DNA of 63,484 nucleotides, filler included. It is 4 parts of 4 records of this genome, joined end to end, with 100 filler letters (N's around TTAATTAATTAA, not from the genome) between each part and the next. Parts side by side here need not be neighbours in the genome. Positions count along the whole stretch, not along the records: positions 15,547 to 42,068 come from DRR723986_8359; 3 more parts are not named here. The stretch is one strand, 5' to 3'. Shown piece after piece: positions 31,128 to 41,197 of this stretch; position 1 is the stretch's first letter; every line of letters begins with the position of its first letter. The translations under genes were made by a program, and so were the position numbers. The notes beneath the pieces were generated by a model. The model was not told where the DNA came from. It worked only from the letters and a program-made list of their open reading frames with translations, and ran no database searches.

Positions 31128-31637
31128 ATGTCCGGCGATGTCTACAACGTGCTTTTCCTGTGCACTGGCAATTCCGCCCGGTCGATCATGGCGGAGGCGA
31201 TCCTGAGCCGGGAGGGGCAGGGCCGCTTCAGGGCGTTTTCTGCCGGGTCACAACCGGCTGGAGCGGTGCGTCCGGAAGCACTTGCCTTGCTCAGCAAGCT
31301 CAATTTCAAGACGGATGAGCTGCGCTCGAAGGACTGGGCCGAATTCGCTGAGCCGGATGCCCCGGTCATGGATTTCGTCTTTACCGTTTGCGACAATGCG
31401 GCGAAGGAAACCTGCCCTGTCTGGCCTGGCCAGCCGATGTCAGCCCATTGGGGCCTGCCGGATCCGGCAGCCGTTTCCGGAAGCGACAGCGAAAGGGCTG
31501 TCGCATTCAACGATGCCTTCCGGATGCTCAGCAACCGGATCTCGGTGTTCGTGAGCCTGCCGATGTCTTCGCTTGACCGTTTGTCCCTGCAGAAGAAACT
31601 CGATCAAATCGGGCAGTCCGCCGAAGAGCCCGTGTAA
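31128..31637 (+). CDS. arsC: Arsenate reductase (LMW-PTP type)
   Basis: LFLCTGNSARS, TVCD, CPVWPG, HWGLPDP. Confidence 0.92.
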   Translation: MSGDVYNVLFLCTGNSARSIMAEAILSREGQGRFRAFSAGSQPAGAVRPEALALLSKLNFKTDELRSKDWAEFAEPDAPVMDFVFTVCDNAAKETCPVWPGQPMSAHWGLPDPAAVSGSDSERAVAFNDAFRMLSNRISVFVSLPMSSLDRLSLQKKLDQIGQSAEEPV

Positions 31638-31672
31638 GGCTGCTCCGGCGTACCTGTTTCGGGAATATCACC

Positions 31673-32872
31673 TCAGGCGACGGCCTGGCCTTCGCGCGAC
31701 GTGCGCAGGGTCAGCAGTGCGATGACCAGGGCGATGAGCGCACAGGCGGCAACCGCGCCAACCAATGGCAAAGCTGTCCGGTCGAAGAACGGGCTGCAGA
31801 CGAGGATCATCACGCCACCGGCAACCATCTGGAAGGTGCCACCGAGGGAGGATGCCATGCCGGCATGTTCGCCATGTTCTTCCAGCGCCATGACCATCAC
31901 CGGAGCAATGACCTGGCCGAGGCAGGTGTTGCCGATGAAGAAGAGCGCCATCAGAACCGGCAGGTCGTCGATGCCGCTCCACACAAGGATGACCAGCAGG
32001 ACGTTGGCTGCCGCAAATCCGCTGACGGCCATCAATGCCACTCTGCCCATGCCGAAGCGCTCACCAAGCGAGGCGGCAAACTGGGAAGACGCAAAGAAGC
32101 CGATCGCGTTCAGCGCGAAAACAAGGCTGAAGGCTGTCGGCGTCAACTGGTACTGGGTCATGTAGACCAGCGGTGCGGCAGCGATGAAGACGAAGAAACT
32201 CGCCAGCGAGAAGCCACCGATCAGCGTCAGACCCATGAACCTGCTGTCACGCATCAGGTAGATGGCGCTGCGCAGCATTGCTGTCGGGTAGATCTTGCCC
32301 CGGCGCTCGGCCGGTAGCGTTTCGGGCAGTAAGAAGGCCATTTGCAGCATGGCGAGAAGCGAAATCACGCCCAGGGCCACAAAGATCAGGCGCCAACTGC
32401 CGAACTGGATGATCAAGCTGCCGGCGAGCGGTGCAAGCATCGGCGAAACGCTGAAGACCAGCATCACCAGAGCCATCAGCCTGGTCGCCTTTGGTCCGGT
32501 GTGGAGGTCGCGGACCACCGCCCGCACGATGACCATCGGCGCGCCGGCACCAAGCGCCTGCACGAAACGGCCGAATGTCAGGGCTGAAACGTCGACCGCA
32601 GTCGCGCACATGACCGATCCGATGAGGAAGACGATCAGGCCCAGGAAGGCGGGCAGCTTGCGTCCAAACCGGTCGGCCAGCGGACCGTAGATCAACTGGG
32701 CTAGCCCGAAAGCGATGAAATAGACCGTGAAGGTCATATGAACCGCAGCGTCGTCCGTCTGCAATGCCTGCACGATTTCCGGCATGGCGGGCAGATAGAG
32801 GTCGATGGCAAATGGACCGACAGCAGCGAGAAGCCCCAGCACAATGGCGGAGCGGACAAAACCGATCTGCAT
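31673..32872 (-). CDS. Bcr/CflA MFS drug-efflux transporter
   Basis: PFAIDLYLPAMP, GPLADRFGRK, PETL. Confidence 0.9.
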   Translation of the reverse strand: MQIGFVRSAIVLGLLAAVGPFAIDLYLPAMPEIVQALQTDDAAVHMTFTVYFIAFGLAQLIYGPLADRFGRKLPAFLGLIVFLIGSVMCATAVDVSALTFGRFVQALGAGAPMVIVRAVVRDLHTGPKATRLMALVMLVFSVSPMLAPLAGSLIIQFGSWRLIFVALGVISLLAMLQMAFLLPETLPAERRGKIYPTAMLRSAIYLMRDSRFMGLTLIGGFSLASFFVFIAAAPLVYMTQYQLTPTAFSLVFALNAIGFFASSQFAASLGERFGMGRVALMAVSGFAAANVLLVILVWSGIDDLPVLMALFFIGNTCLGQVIAPVMVMALEEHGEHAGMASSLGGTFQMVAGGVMILVCSPFFDRTALPLVGAVAACALIALVIALLTLRTSREGQAVA

Positions 32873-33003
32873 TGGAAAATCCGATGAAAAATGCGCCGGA
32901 GGCACAAATGCGGGAAAGTCTGGAAGATGGAGGTGGCGGAGATCACCGCCCGGCCTTGATATGATGTAAGTGCTCGAAATGCAAATTCAAGGCTTGCTGA
33001 GTG

Positions 33004-33044
33004 TTGTCATGAAAGCTTCATGCAACTGTCACCGATATTGTAAT
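33004..33044 (+). promoter_or_regulatory. Pho box (PhoB repeats)
   Basis: TTGTCAT-N4-GCTTCAT-N4-CTGTCAC-N5-TTGTAAT, roughly 11-bp phasing. Confidence 0.7.
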
Positions 33045-33099
33045 CAGGGCCACTAGCTTGCGCGCACCATCAACCCGATATTTTGTGGGAGCGAGTGCA

Positions 33100-35319
33100 A
33101 TGGCGGACCTTCGTGGGCGCTTTTTAAAAGGTGTCAGCCTTTCAGTCCTGTTCGGCCTTGGCGCCGTGTCGGCAGCACAGGCAGAGTATTTCGAGCGTAT
33201 CAACACATTCCCGGTCTACAAGACCCTGCCGGAAGGCGTGGATCAGGCCACCGAAACCGTTGCCGAAATCATCTACGCCACGAAGGACGGCCGCACGCTC
33301 GTCTTCACCGACAGCCCGGGCGAAGCCATTGTTTTCGTGAATGCGGCCAACCCGCTGAACCTGCAGCCGATGGGCCGCACCGCCCTTGGTGGTGAGCCTA
33401 CTTCGGTCGCCGTCGGCGAAACATTCGCCTATGCCGGCGTCAACACGTCCGAAGACTACGTCAATGCGTCCGGCCATCTGGCCGTGATCGCTCTCGATGG
33501 TCTTGGCATCACCGCGAAGTGCGATGCCAAGGGTCAGCCGGACAGCGTTGCCATCTCTCCGGACGGCAAGTTCGTTGCGATCGCCATCGAGAACGAGCGC
33601 GACGAAGATCTGAACGACGGCGTGATCCCGCAAATGCCGGCCGGCCATCTCGCGATCTTCGATCTGGACGAAACCGGCACGCCGACCAACTGTGACGCGG
33701 TCCGCATTGTTGACCTGACGGGTCTTGCAGAAGTCGCGCCGACCGATCCGGAGCCGGAGTTCGTTTCGATCAACTCCCAGAACCAGGTTGTCGTCACGCT
33801 GCAGGAAAACAACCATATCGCCGTGGTTGATCTGGCCTCCGGTGAAGTTGTCAGCCATTTCTCCGCCGGTACGGCTTCGGCTGAAAACATTCCGGTTTCC
33901 AAGGCGCGCATGAGCGATGCCTCCGGTTCGACCGAAAACGTCAAGCGTGAGCCGGATGCGGTTGCCTGGATTGATGACGAGCGTTTCGTGACCGCCAACG
34001 AAGGTGACTACGAAGGCGGTTCGCGCGGCTTCACCATCTGGAACACCAAGGGCGAGGTCCTGTTCGACAGCGGTAACCAGATGGAACACCTTGGCATGGC
34101 CAACGGCCACTATCCGGCCAAGCGCGCGTCCAAGAAGGGCACCGAGCCGGAAGGTGTGACGGTTGGTGAATTCGGCGGTGAAACGCTGATCTTCGTCAAT
34201 TCCGAACGCGGCAACTTCGTCGCTGTCTACAAGGACACCGGCGCCGAGCCGGAATTTGTCCAGTTCCTGCCGACCCACGTCGGTCCGGAAGGCTCACTTG
34301 CGATTCCGAGCCGTGACCTGTTTGTGGTTGCCAACGAGGTCGACAGTGCGGAAGACAACGTTCGTGCGCAGGTCTCCCTCTACAAGTTTGGTGCGGACGC
34401 TCCGTCCTACCCGATGGTCGTGTCCGAAACCGACCCGGAAAAAGGCGCACCGATCGGCTGGGGCGCACTGTCCGCACTGGCTGCAGACCCGGAAGACGGC
34501 AACAAGCTCTACGCCGTCAGCGACAGCTTCTATGACGACGCCCGCATCTACACGCTGGACATCTCTTCCAAGCCGGCAAAAATCGTGGCCTATGCAACCG
34601 TTCAGGGTGGCAAGCAGGCAAAACTGGACCTGGAAGGCATCTCTGTTGCCAAGGATGGCGGCTTCTGGCTGGCTTCCGAGGGCAATCCGGAAAAGGAACT
34701 GCAGCACCTGCTGCTGAAAGTCGGCACCGACGGTCAGGTTCAGGAAGAAATCACGCTTCCGGAAGAGCTGAACGCCCAGTCCGCGCGTTTCTCCTTTGAA
34801 GGCGTTGCCGAGTTCGAAATGGACGGCAAGACGCTGGTGGCCGTCGCCGTTCAGCGTGAGTGGAAAGACGACCCGAAAGGCATGGTGAAGCTGGCTATCT
34901 ACAACCCGGCCGAAAAGTCCTGGGGCTTCGTTCACTATCCGCTCGACAAGCCGAAGAGCGCAGCCGGCGGCTGGGTCGGCCTGTCGGAAATCGTCTCCAT
35001 GGGCGACGGCAAGTTCGCCATTCTGGAGCGCGATAACAAGGGTGGTGAAGACGCAGCCATCAAGCAGATCACCACGATCTCCCTGGAAGGTGTGACCCCG
35101 GCTGCCTACGGATCTGAGCTCCCGGTGGTCCAGAAGCATTACGCCATGGATATCCTGCCGGCTCTGGCCGAAGGCAAGGGCTGGGTACTCGACAAGCCGG
35201 AAGGCCTGACGATCACGGCCGATGGCCGTCTGATCCTGGTCACCGACAATGACGGTGTCGACGATGCGCCGGGTGAAACCCGGTTGATCAACCTCGGCCC
35301 GGCAAGCCGCCTGAACTAA
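33100..35319 (+). CDS. Secreted beta-propeller protein with an esterase-like-activity-of-phytase domain (alkaline-phosphatase-like)
   Basis: Signal peptide; GQPDSVA, EPE, ANEGD, DLEGI, ERDN, KPEGL, DNDG; Pho box upstream. Confidence 0.8.
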   Translation: MADLRGRFLKGVSLSVLFGLGAVSAAQAEYFERINTFPVYKTLPEGVDQATETVAEIIYATKDGRTLVFTDSPGEAIVFVNAANPLNLQPMGRTALGGEPTSVAVGETFAYAGVNTSEDYVNASGHLAVIALDGLGITAKCDAKGQPDSVAISPDGKFVAIAIENERDEDLNDGVIPQMPAGHLAIFDLDETGTPTNCDAVRIVDLTGLAEVAPTDPEPEFVSINSQNQVVVTLQENNHIAVVDLASGEVVSHFSAGTASAENIPVSKARMSDASGSTENVKREPDAVAWIDDERFVTANEGDYEGGSRGFTIWNTKGEVLFDSGNQMEHLGMANGHYPAKRASKKGTEPEGVTVGEFGGETLIFVNSERGNFVAVYKDTGAEPEFVQFLPTHVGPEGSLAIPSRDLFVVANEVDSAEDNVRAQVSLYKFGADAPSYPMVVSETDPEKGAPIGWGALSALAADPEDGNKLYAVSDSFYDDARIYTLDISSKPAKIVAYATVQGGKQAKLDLEGISVAKDGGFWLASEGNPEKELQHLLLKVGTDGQVQEEITLPEELNAQSARFSFEGVAEFEMDGKTLVAVAVQREWKDDPKGMVKLAIYNPAEKSWGFVHYPLDKPKSAAGGWVGLSEIVSMGDGKFAILERDNKGGEDAAIKQITTISLEGVTPAAYGSELPVVQKHYAMDILPALAEGKGWVLDKPEGLTITADGRLILVTDNDGVDDAPGETRLINLGPASRLN

Positions 35320-35407
35320 GGCACTTCAGATAAAGGTCCTCCCAAGACCTGAGCGAAGGTCCGGCCGCTTTACGCAGCCGGGCCTTTCCTTTTCTGCATT
35401 GCCATTC

Positions 35408-35902
35408 TCAAGCCGTGAAACTTCGTCTTTGCCAGTGCCACAGGGCAGCAAGGCTGTGCAGTCCGGTGAGTGTTGCAAGCAAAAGCGCCGCGGCATGGTG
35501 CAGGCCTGCCGGTGGCAATCCGGCGAAAGCCGCAAGTCCCGGCAATGTGCCATTCGCAATCATTTCCAGGCTACCGGATATGACGATCATGCCGACACCG
35601 CTGACCAGAAGCAGAAGCGGTACGAGGCGCAAGGCGGCGTGGACGCCCTTGCCGATAGCTTGCTGCAACCCGGAACGAACGGCGAACACCGGCTGAGGGG
35701 CCCCCTTTGCCAGCCAAAAGATCGTGCGGACAAGAGCGAGCAGGCCCGCAGACAAGCCAAGTCCCAGATGGGTCCTCAGAAGGTCTGGCGAAAACGGTTC
35801 GTTGTTCGTCAGGGCATAGCCGGTAGCCAGGGCGCTGATGGTTAGAGCGGCAATCGTCCAGTGCAGCAGCCTGTTTCCGTTTACGGGCAAGGCCGCCATC
35901 AC
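35408..35902 (-). CDS. Cytochrome b561-like membrane protein
   Basis: RLLHW, H..LG, GVH, LHH...LH heme-ligand His residues across 4 TMs. Confidence 0.8.
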   Translation of the reverse strand: MMAALPVNGNRLLHWTIAALTISALATGYALTNNEPFSPDLLRTHLGLGLSAGLLALVRTIFWLAKGAPQPVFAVRSGLQQAIGKGVHAALRLVPLLLLVSGVGMIVISGSLEMIANGTLPGLAAFAGLPPAGLHHAAALLLATLTGLHSLAALWHWQRRSFTA

Positions 35903-36297
35903 TCATCCTCCCGAATGACGTTGTAGAGCGCAGCATGAAAGCTGATGCCCTTGAATTCCGCGACAATGCCGCTTTTGCCGAGTTTGTGGATGGCGGCCTG
36001 ATAGGCATCGGGACTTTCCCAAAGCGCGATGTTGACCAGCTGGAACTTCGCCTGCGGAGACAGGGACTGGTGCAGGCGCGTGGTGATGTAGCCGGGCTGC
36101 TCTTTCAGGAAGTCGCGCGCCTGTTCCCAGCTGCGAACTGCGTCGGCAAGACGGTCTTCGGGAACTTCGAAGGAATTGATCAGCGTTACCGGGGTGTTGG
36201 TGTTGATTTCACTCGCCATGGCGGAGACTCCCAGGTTGGCGGTCAGGAAGGAAAGTGCTGCCAGATGAATGGCACGACGTGTCCAGAGTGATGTCAT
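35899..36297 (-). CDS. Antibiotic biosynthesis monooxygenase (ABM) family protein
   Basis: LINSFEVP, QPGYITTRLHQS, VNIALWES. Confidence 0.82.
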   Translation of the reverse strand: MTSLWTRRAIHLAALSFLTANLGVSAMASEINTNTPVTLINSFEVPEDRLADAVRSWEQARDFLKEQPGYITTRLHQSLSPQAKFQLVNIALWESPDAYQAAIHKLGKSGIVAEFKGISFHAALYNVIREDE

Positions 36298-36357
36298 TTC
36301 GAACCTCTAATTATATAGCAAGCTATGTTTATTTATATAGGGTGCTATCTATCGTAT

Positions 36358-36816
36358 ATGCAAGGGATGACCTTCGAAAAAGATTCCTCCGCCGGGTATC
36401 TGGCAAACCACATGGCACGGCTGTTTGCCGCCGGTCTCCATCGCCGCATCCGGCCGCTAGGCCTTTCGCCGGGCCAATTTCCGGCACTGGTCGCCCTTTG
36501 GGCAAAGGAAGGACGCACGCAAAAGGAACTCGTGCAGTTGCTTGATATCGAACAGGCAACGCTGGCAAACACCCTGGCCCGGATGGAACGGGACGGCTTG
36601 ATCACCCGCCGGGCGAGTGAAGAAGACGGCCGGGTTCAGGAAATATTCCTGACCGACAAGGCCAAGGTTTTGGAAAAGGAAGCCATCGCGTCTGCGATTG
36701 CCCAGAACGGAGAGGCGCTGGAGGGGTTTTCGGAACGGGAAAAGGCGCAGTTCCTGGATTTCATGCACAGAGCCATTTCAGCCATGCAGAAAGCCCAGAC
36801 CGGCAGTTCCCGATGA
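36358..36816 (+). CDS. MarR-family regulator
   Basis: TQKEL..IEQATLANTLARMERDGLI...DGR; ATAG-N4-CTAT repeats upstream. Confidence 0.9.
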   Translation: MQGMTFEKDSSAGYLANHMARLFAAGLHRRIRPLGLSPGQFPALVALWAKEGRTQKELVQLLDIEQATLANTLARMERDGLITRRASEEDGRVQEIFLTDKAKVLEKEAIASAIAQNGEALEGFSEREKAQFLDFMHRAISAMQKAQTGSSR

Positions 36817-37244
36817 GTGCCAGCTTGCTGGGCCTGTTCGGCGTCTCCTTTCTGGCTGCCACCCTGCTGCCCGCCCAATCCGAACTTGGCCTTTCCGGCC
36901 TGATTGCGCTTGGAACGGAACCTGTCGTTCTGCTGGTTGTGGCGGCAAGCCTTGGCAATACGCTCGGATCAATGGTCAATTGGGGCCTCGGCAGGGCCGC
37001 AACCGCCTGGTCGACCGCTTCCTGGTTTCCGGTCAAGCCTGACAAGCTCGCCAAGGCAACGGGCTGGTATCACCGCTACGGACGATGGAGCCTGCTGCTC
37101 AGCTGGGCGCCGATTATCGGCGATCCCCTGACATTGGCGGCAGGTGTGCTCAAGGAGCCCTTCTGGAGCTTCACCCTGCTGGTCGCAATTGCAAAGACAG
37201 CACGCTATGTCGCTGTCGCGTTGATCACGTTGCAGGTTATCTGA
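36813..37244 (+). CDS. YqaA/DedA-family membrane protein
   Basis: FLAATLLPAQSE, GNTLGS, LLSWAPIIGDPLT, K..RY. Confidence 0.9.
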   Translation: MSASLLGLFGVSFLAATLLPAQSELGLSGLIALGTEPVVLLVVAASLGNTLGSMVNWGLGRAATAWSTASWFPVKPDKLAKATGWYHRYGRWSLLLSWAPIIGDPLTLAAGVLKEPFWSFTLLVAIAKTARYVAVALITLQVI

Positions 37245-37292
37245 GACTGCGGGCCAGCCGGGGGAATGCGAAACCTTCGCTGCGCGGGACGC

Positions 37293-37688
37293 TTAACCCT
37301 CAAAACGCTCGATCAGATCCCACTCGTTGCCGAAGGGGTCCTGGAAGACGGCAACTTTGCCATAAGCCTCGTGGCGTGGTGTTTCCAGAAAAGTGACGCC
37401 CGTCGAAAGCATCGCCTGATGATCGCGATCGAAGTTGTCGGTGTGCAGGAACAGGAACACACGGCCGCCGGTCTGGTTGCCAATGGCGGCGTGATGATCG
37501 TCACCGTCGGCTTGCGCCAGCAGGAGGCGTGTCTCGGAGCTGCCCTTGGGCGCGACCAGTACCCAGCGCTTGCCGCCGCCAAGGTGTGTGTCTTCGACCA
37601 GGTCGAAGCCAAGCTTGCCGACATAAAAGTCGATGCCCTGGTCATAATCCGGCACGATGAGGGCGATCGCTCCAATCATCTGTTTCAT
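37293..37688 (-). CDS. VOC/glyoxalase family protein
   Basis: VPDYDQGIDFY, GNQTGGRV, FQDPFGNEWDL. Confidence 0.88.
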   Translation of the reverse strand: MKQMIGAIALIVPDYDQGIDFYVGKLGFDLVEDTHLGGGKRWVLVAPKGSSETRLLLAQADGDDHHAAIGNQTGGRVFLFLHTDNFDRDHQAMLSTGVTFLETPRHEAYGKVAVFQDPFGNEWDLIERFEG

Positions 37689-37701
37689 GGCAGGCCGTTT
37701 C

Positions 37702-38121
37702 CTACTGCGCGCGCCGGTAGACGGACACGTTCGTGTAGCTTGCAACGTCGACCAGGTGGACGGTTTGGGTCACGGTCAGCGTTCTGCCGTCGTCGGACAG
37801 TTCCCGGTCGGCTTTCATGATCGTCAACCCTCCGCGGCGGGCTTCCGAAATGAGGTTGCGATCTCCCTGGAACACGAGACGCATGGCGTCGACCAGGCCG
37901 CTTTTGCCAAGACGCACTTCCGGACCGTCCGGCATTGCCTCGAAAGTGTCGTTGGTGACTTCGCCGTCGAAGGCCACCTGGTTCATCGTGAAGACGGCAA
38001 CGCCGAAGTTCTCATCGATCTTGAGCGTGGCGCTGCGTGGCGGTTCGCCTTGTTCGAAGTCGCTTTCCTCCGTGTCGAGGATCCAGGTGCCGAGAAAGGG
38101 GGCGAGTTTGTCTTCGATCAT
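37702..38121 (-). CDS. Hypothetical beta-barrel protein
   Basis: FLGTWILD..ESDF N-terminus; codon usage matches neighbours. Confidence 0.65.
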   Translation of the reverse strand: MIEDKLAPFLGTWILDTEESDFEQGEPPRSATLKIDENFGVAVFTMNQVAFDGEVTNDTFEAMPDGPEVRLGKSGLVDAMRLVFQGDRNLISEARRGGLTIMKADRELSDDGRTLTVTQTVHLVDVASYTNVSVYRRAQ

Positions 38122-38201
38122 GGGACCAGCGGAATCTTGAAAAGGGAAAGCCGCCACCGGGATAACCGGTGACGGCTCTGCTTGCAAATGGCGATTGCCT
38201 G

Positions 38202-39314
38202 TCAGGCGCTCAAGGCGTCCAGTTCGGCGATGATGGCGTCGCCCATTTCCACGGTGGAAACGGTGGCCTGGCCAGGCGCTGCGATATCTTTCGTCCGCAG
38301 GCCCTTGTCGAGAGCGTTGGCGATGGCCTTGTCCAGTTTGTCGGCGGCTGCAACTTCCTCGAAGGAGTAACGCAGCGCCATGCCGAAGCTGGCAATCATG
38401 GCGATCGGGTTGGCAGCGCCCGTGCCGGCAATGTCCGGAGCCGAGCCGTGGACGGGCTCGTAAAGCGCCTTGCGCTTGCCGGTAACACCATCCGGTGCGC
38501 CGAGGGATGCGGACGGGAGCATGCCGAGCGAACCGGTCAGCATGGCGGCAACGTCGGACAGCATGTCGCCGAAGAGGTTGTCCGTCACAATGACGTCGAA
38601 CTGCTTGGGCCAGCGGACAAGCTGCATGCCGCCGGCGTCAGCCAGCATGTGCTCCAGCTGAACATCCTCGTAGCCGTTCTTGTGCGTCTGGGTAACGACT
38701 TCGTTCCACAGTACGCCGGACTTCATCACGTTCCGCTTTTCCATGGACGTGACCTTGTTGCCGCGCGTGCGCGCCAGCTCAAAGGCGACACCGGAAATGC
38801 GCTCGATCTCGTAAGTGTCGTAGACTTGCGTGTCGATACCGCGTTTCTGGCCGTTGCCGAGGTCGATGATTTCTTTCGGTTCGCCGAAGTAGACGCCGCC
38901 GGTCAGCTCGCGCACGATCAGGATGTCGAGACCTTCGATCACGTCCTTCTTCAGCGAGGATGCATCGGCAAGCGCCGGGTAGCAGATGGCCGGGCGCAGG
39001 TTGGCGAACAGCTGCATGTCCTTGCGCAGGCGCAAAAGGCCGGCTTCCGGGCGAACTTCGTAAGGAACGTCGTCCCACTTGGGCCCGCCGACGGCACCGA
39101 AGATGACCGCGTCGGCAGCCATGGCCTTCGCCATGTCTTCTTCGGAGATCGACTGACCATGCGCGTCATAGGCGGAACCACCCACCAGGCCTTCGTCGGT
39201 TTCAAAGGACATGCCGCCCTTTTCGTTGAACCAGGCAATGACCTTTTTCACTTCCTGCATGATTTCCGGGCCAATGCCGTCACCCGGCAGAAGCAGAAGT
39301 TTTTGTGAAGCCAT
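38202..39314 (-). CDS. leuB: 3-isopropylmalate dehydrogenase
   Basis: [41 protein letters not shown]. Confidence 0.97.
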   Translation of the reverse strand: MASQKLLLLPGDGIGPEIMQEVKKVIAWFNEKGGMSFETDEGLVGGSAYDAHGQSISEEDMAKAMAADAVIFGAVGGPKWDDVPYEVRPEAGLLRLRKDMQLFANLRPAICYPALADASSLKKDVIEGLDILIVRELTGGVYFGEPKEIIDLGNGQKRGIDTQVYDTYEIERISGVAFELARTRGNKVTSMEKRNVMKSGVLWNEVVTQTHKNGYEDVQLEHMLADAGGMQLVRWPKQFDVIVTDNLFGDMLSDVAAMLTGSLGMLPSASLGAPDGVTGKRKALYEPVHGSAPDIAGTGAANPIAMIASFGMALRYSFEEVAAADKLDKAIANALDKGLRTKDIAAPGQATVSTVEMGDAIIAELDALSA

Positions 39315-39494
39315 GGGTGTTCCATCCCGCATTTTGAGAAATCTGATGGCGATGGGTTAGCGTGTCGGCCGTTGTCTTTCAAGATGAAGCCAGTTGCGAA
39401 GAACTCAAGCAAGCCGTGGGGAAAGGTCAAGAACGGCTGAAGGGCCCGGAGAGCTGCGGGATTGAAGCCGGTTTCAGGACTGCTCCTGCAAGGA

Positions 39495-40265
39495 TCAGCC
39501 GAGCCAGCCCCGCACTGCCTGGAACAGGAGGTTCAGCGCCAGCGCGGTCATTACCCATCTGAAGCCGGTCTTGAAGCTCTTCTCGTCCATTCGGCCGAGC
39601 AGGCGGCTGCCGGCGAGTGTGCCGAGAAAGCCGCTGGCGATCATCAGGACAATCAGTCCCAGCCAGGGCGCAAAGGCGAAGCCGAGCGCGCCGAACGCAA
39701 TGATCTTGAAGACGTGCATGATCAGCGCGGTGATTGCCTGGTTGGCGACGAACCCGTGGCGCGGCAGGCCGAGGGTCGACAAGACGGCACCGCCGATGGG
39801 GCCGGCCGCACCGAAGAACATGGACAGGAACGTGGAGGCAAAACCCGCCGCCGCCATGACCCGTTTCGGTGCCTTGCCGAAGTGAGGCGCCTTGCCCCAG
39901 ACGACCCAAAGCACGAACAGGCCGATGCCCGCCTTTAGAACCGCCGGTGGCAATTCCACCGCGATGGCGCCGCCGACGGCCGCGCCAATTGCCGCCCCGA
40001 CTGCGAACCAGAGCGCAATCAGCCAGTCGACATGTTTCAGTTGCACCAGCGCACGCCCGGCGTTCGATCCGAGCTGAACGACACCGTGGACCGGCACCAG
40101 GGCACTGGCCGGCATGACGGTTGCCATGATCGCGATCAGCGCGACCCCGCCGCCAAGGCCGACGGCCGCTGTCAGGGCCGAGGTGAAGAAACTGGTGACG
40201 ATCAGTGTCAGCGATGCAGCAAGGTGCAGCTGATCGGGAAAGAAGAAGCCGGCGATGTCCGACAT
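39495..40265 (-). CDS. TauE/SafE sulfite exporter family protein
   Basis: GLGGG, VPVHGVVQLGSN, GAAGP; about 8 TMs. Confidence 0.85.
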   Translation of the reverse strand: MSDIAGFFFPDQLHLAASLTLIVTSFFTSALTAAVGLGGGVALIAIMATVMPASALVPVHGVVQLGSNAGRALVQLKHVDWLIALWFAVGAAIGAAVGGAIAVELPPAVLKAGIGLFVLWVVWGKAPHFGKAPKRVMAAAGFASTFLSMFFGAAGPIGGAVLSTLGLPRHGFVANQAITALIMHVFKIIAFGALGFAFAPWLGLIVLMIASGFLGTLAGSRLLGRMDEKSFKTGFRWVMTALALNLLFQAVRGWLG

Positions 40266-40266
40266 G

Positions 40267-41061
40267 TCACGACCATCTCTTGTTGGCGTAGTTGACCGCT
40301 TCGCGGACATCCAGTGCGCGGGTGGAATTGCCGCTGCGCAGATAGAAGACCGAGGCCTTGTTTTCTTCCAGATAGACGGCGCGGGGTGCCGGGCTGACGA
40401 TGACCATGGCGACGTCCTTGCCGTCCACCCTGGAAAACACCGTGTGGATGTAAGGGCAGAGATCTCCGCCGAGTGTCTTGGAAACGATGTCGTTGACGGT
40501 GCGCTCGAACGAATCGAGGTCCGGGCTTTTCAGCGTTGCCAGGTCCTTGTCGAGACCAAGCGGTGTGCCGTTGTCGTCAACACCGATCAGAAGATGGCCG
40601 CCATCGGCATTGAAGAAGCCGGCAAGGGTCTTGGCGATGACCTTTTCCAGGGACCGGTTGGTCCGGTTTTCCTTCAGGTCCCAGCGCAGCGACGACTTGA
40701 ACTCCACGCGCCGGTTCTCGCCCTGTTTCAGAAGATCGGGAATGAGCGCGGTCTGCTCTTCACGCAGGGACCGGTAGGCTTCGGACGTTCGCATGTAGTT
40801 GCGGGTGAACATGCCGAAGGCGAGGCCGACAACTGCGCCGAGGCCGGTATAGGCAACCGCAACATCCAGATGCCGGGGAAGCAGCACCAGCCACAGGCGC
40901 GCTGTCAGAAATTCAAGGAGGTTCGGAGCCGTTTCCGAAAAACGTGCCAGTTCCCACCAGACCACCACAAGGTTCAGCGGGTGGATGACCAGGACACCGA
41001 CAATGGCCCCGACCACGACATAGGCTGCCAGAAAGGGAAGCTTGAACGGGGAAAGAGCCAT
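40267..41061 (-). CDS. Two-TM membrane protein with a C-terminal Schlafen/AlbA_2 domain
   Basis: GENRRVEFKSSLRWD, KTLAGFFNADGGHLLIGVDD, FYLRSGNST. Confidence 0.85.
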   Translation of the reverse strand: MALSPFKLPFLAAYVVVGAIVGVLVIHPLNLVVVWWELARFSETAPNLLEFLTARLWLVLLPRHLDVAVAYTGLGAVVGLAFGMFTRNYMRTSEAYRSLREEQTALIPDLLKQGENRRVEFKSSLRWDLKENRTNRSLEKVIAKTLAGFFNADGGHLLIGVDDNGTPLGLDKDLATLKSPDLDSFERTVNDIVSKTLGGDLCPYIHTVFSRVDGKDVAMVIVSPAPRAVYLEENKASVFYLRSGNSTRALDVREAVNYANKRWS

Positions 41062-41126
41062 ATTTGAAAATCCAAATGAAAACGCCGGTCGGAACCGGCG
41101 TCACTCTTAATCCAAAACCTTCCCGC

Positions 41127-41176
41127 CGTCATCCCGGCCCGTCGTCCCGGGTCGGCATCGTGCGAACCGGAATGAC
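41127..41176. repeat. REP/RIME-like palindromic element
   Basis: CGTCATCCCGG...CCGGAATGACG inverted repeat in an intergenic region. Confidence 0.45.
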
Positions 41177-41197
41177 GATGAAGGTTCTCACAGGCGG

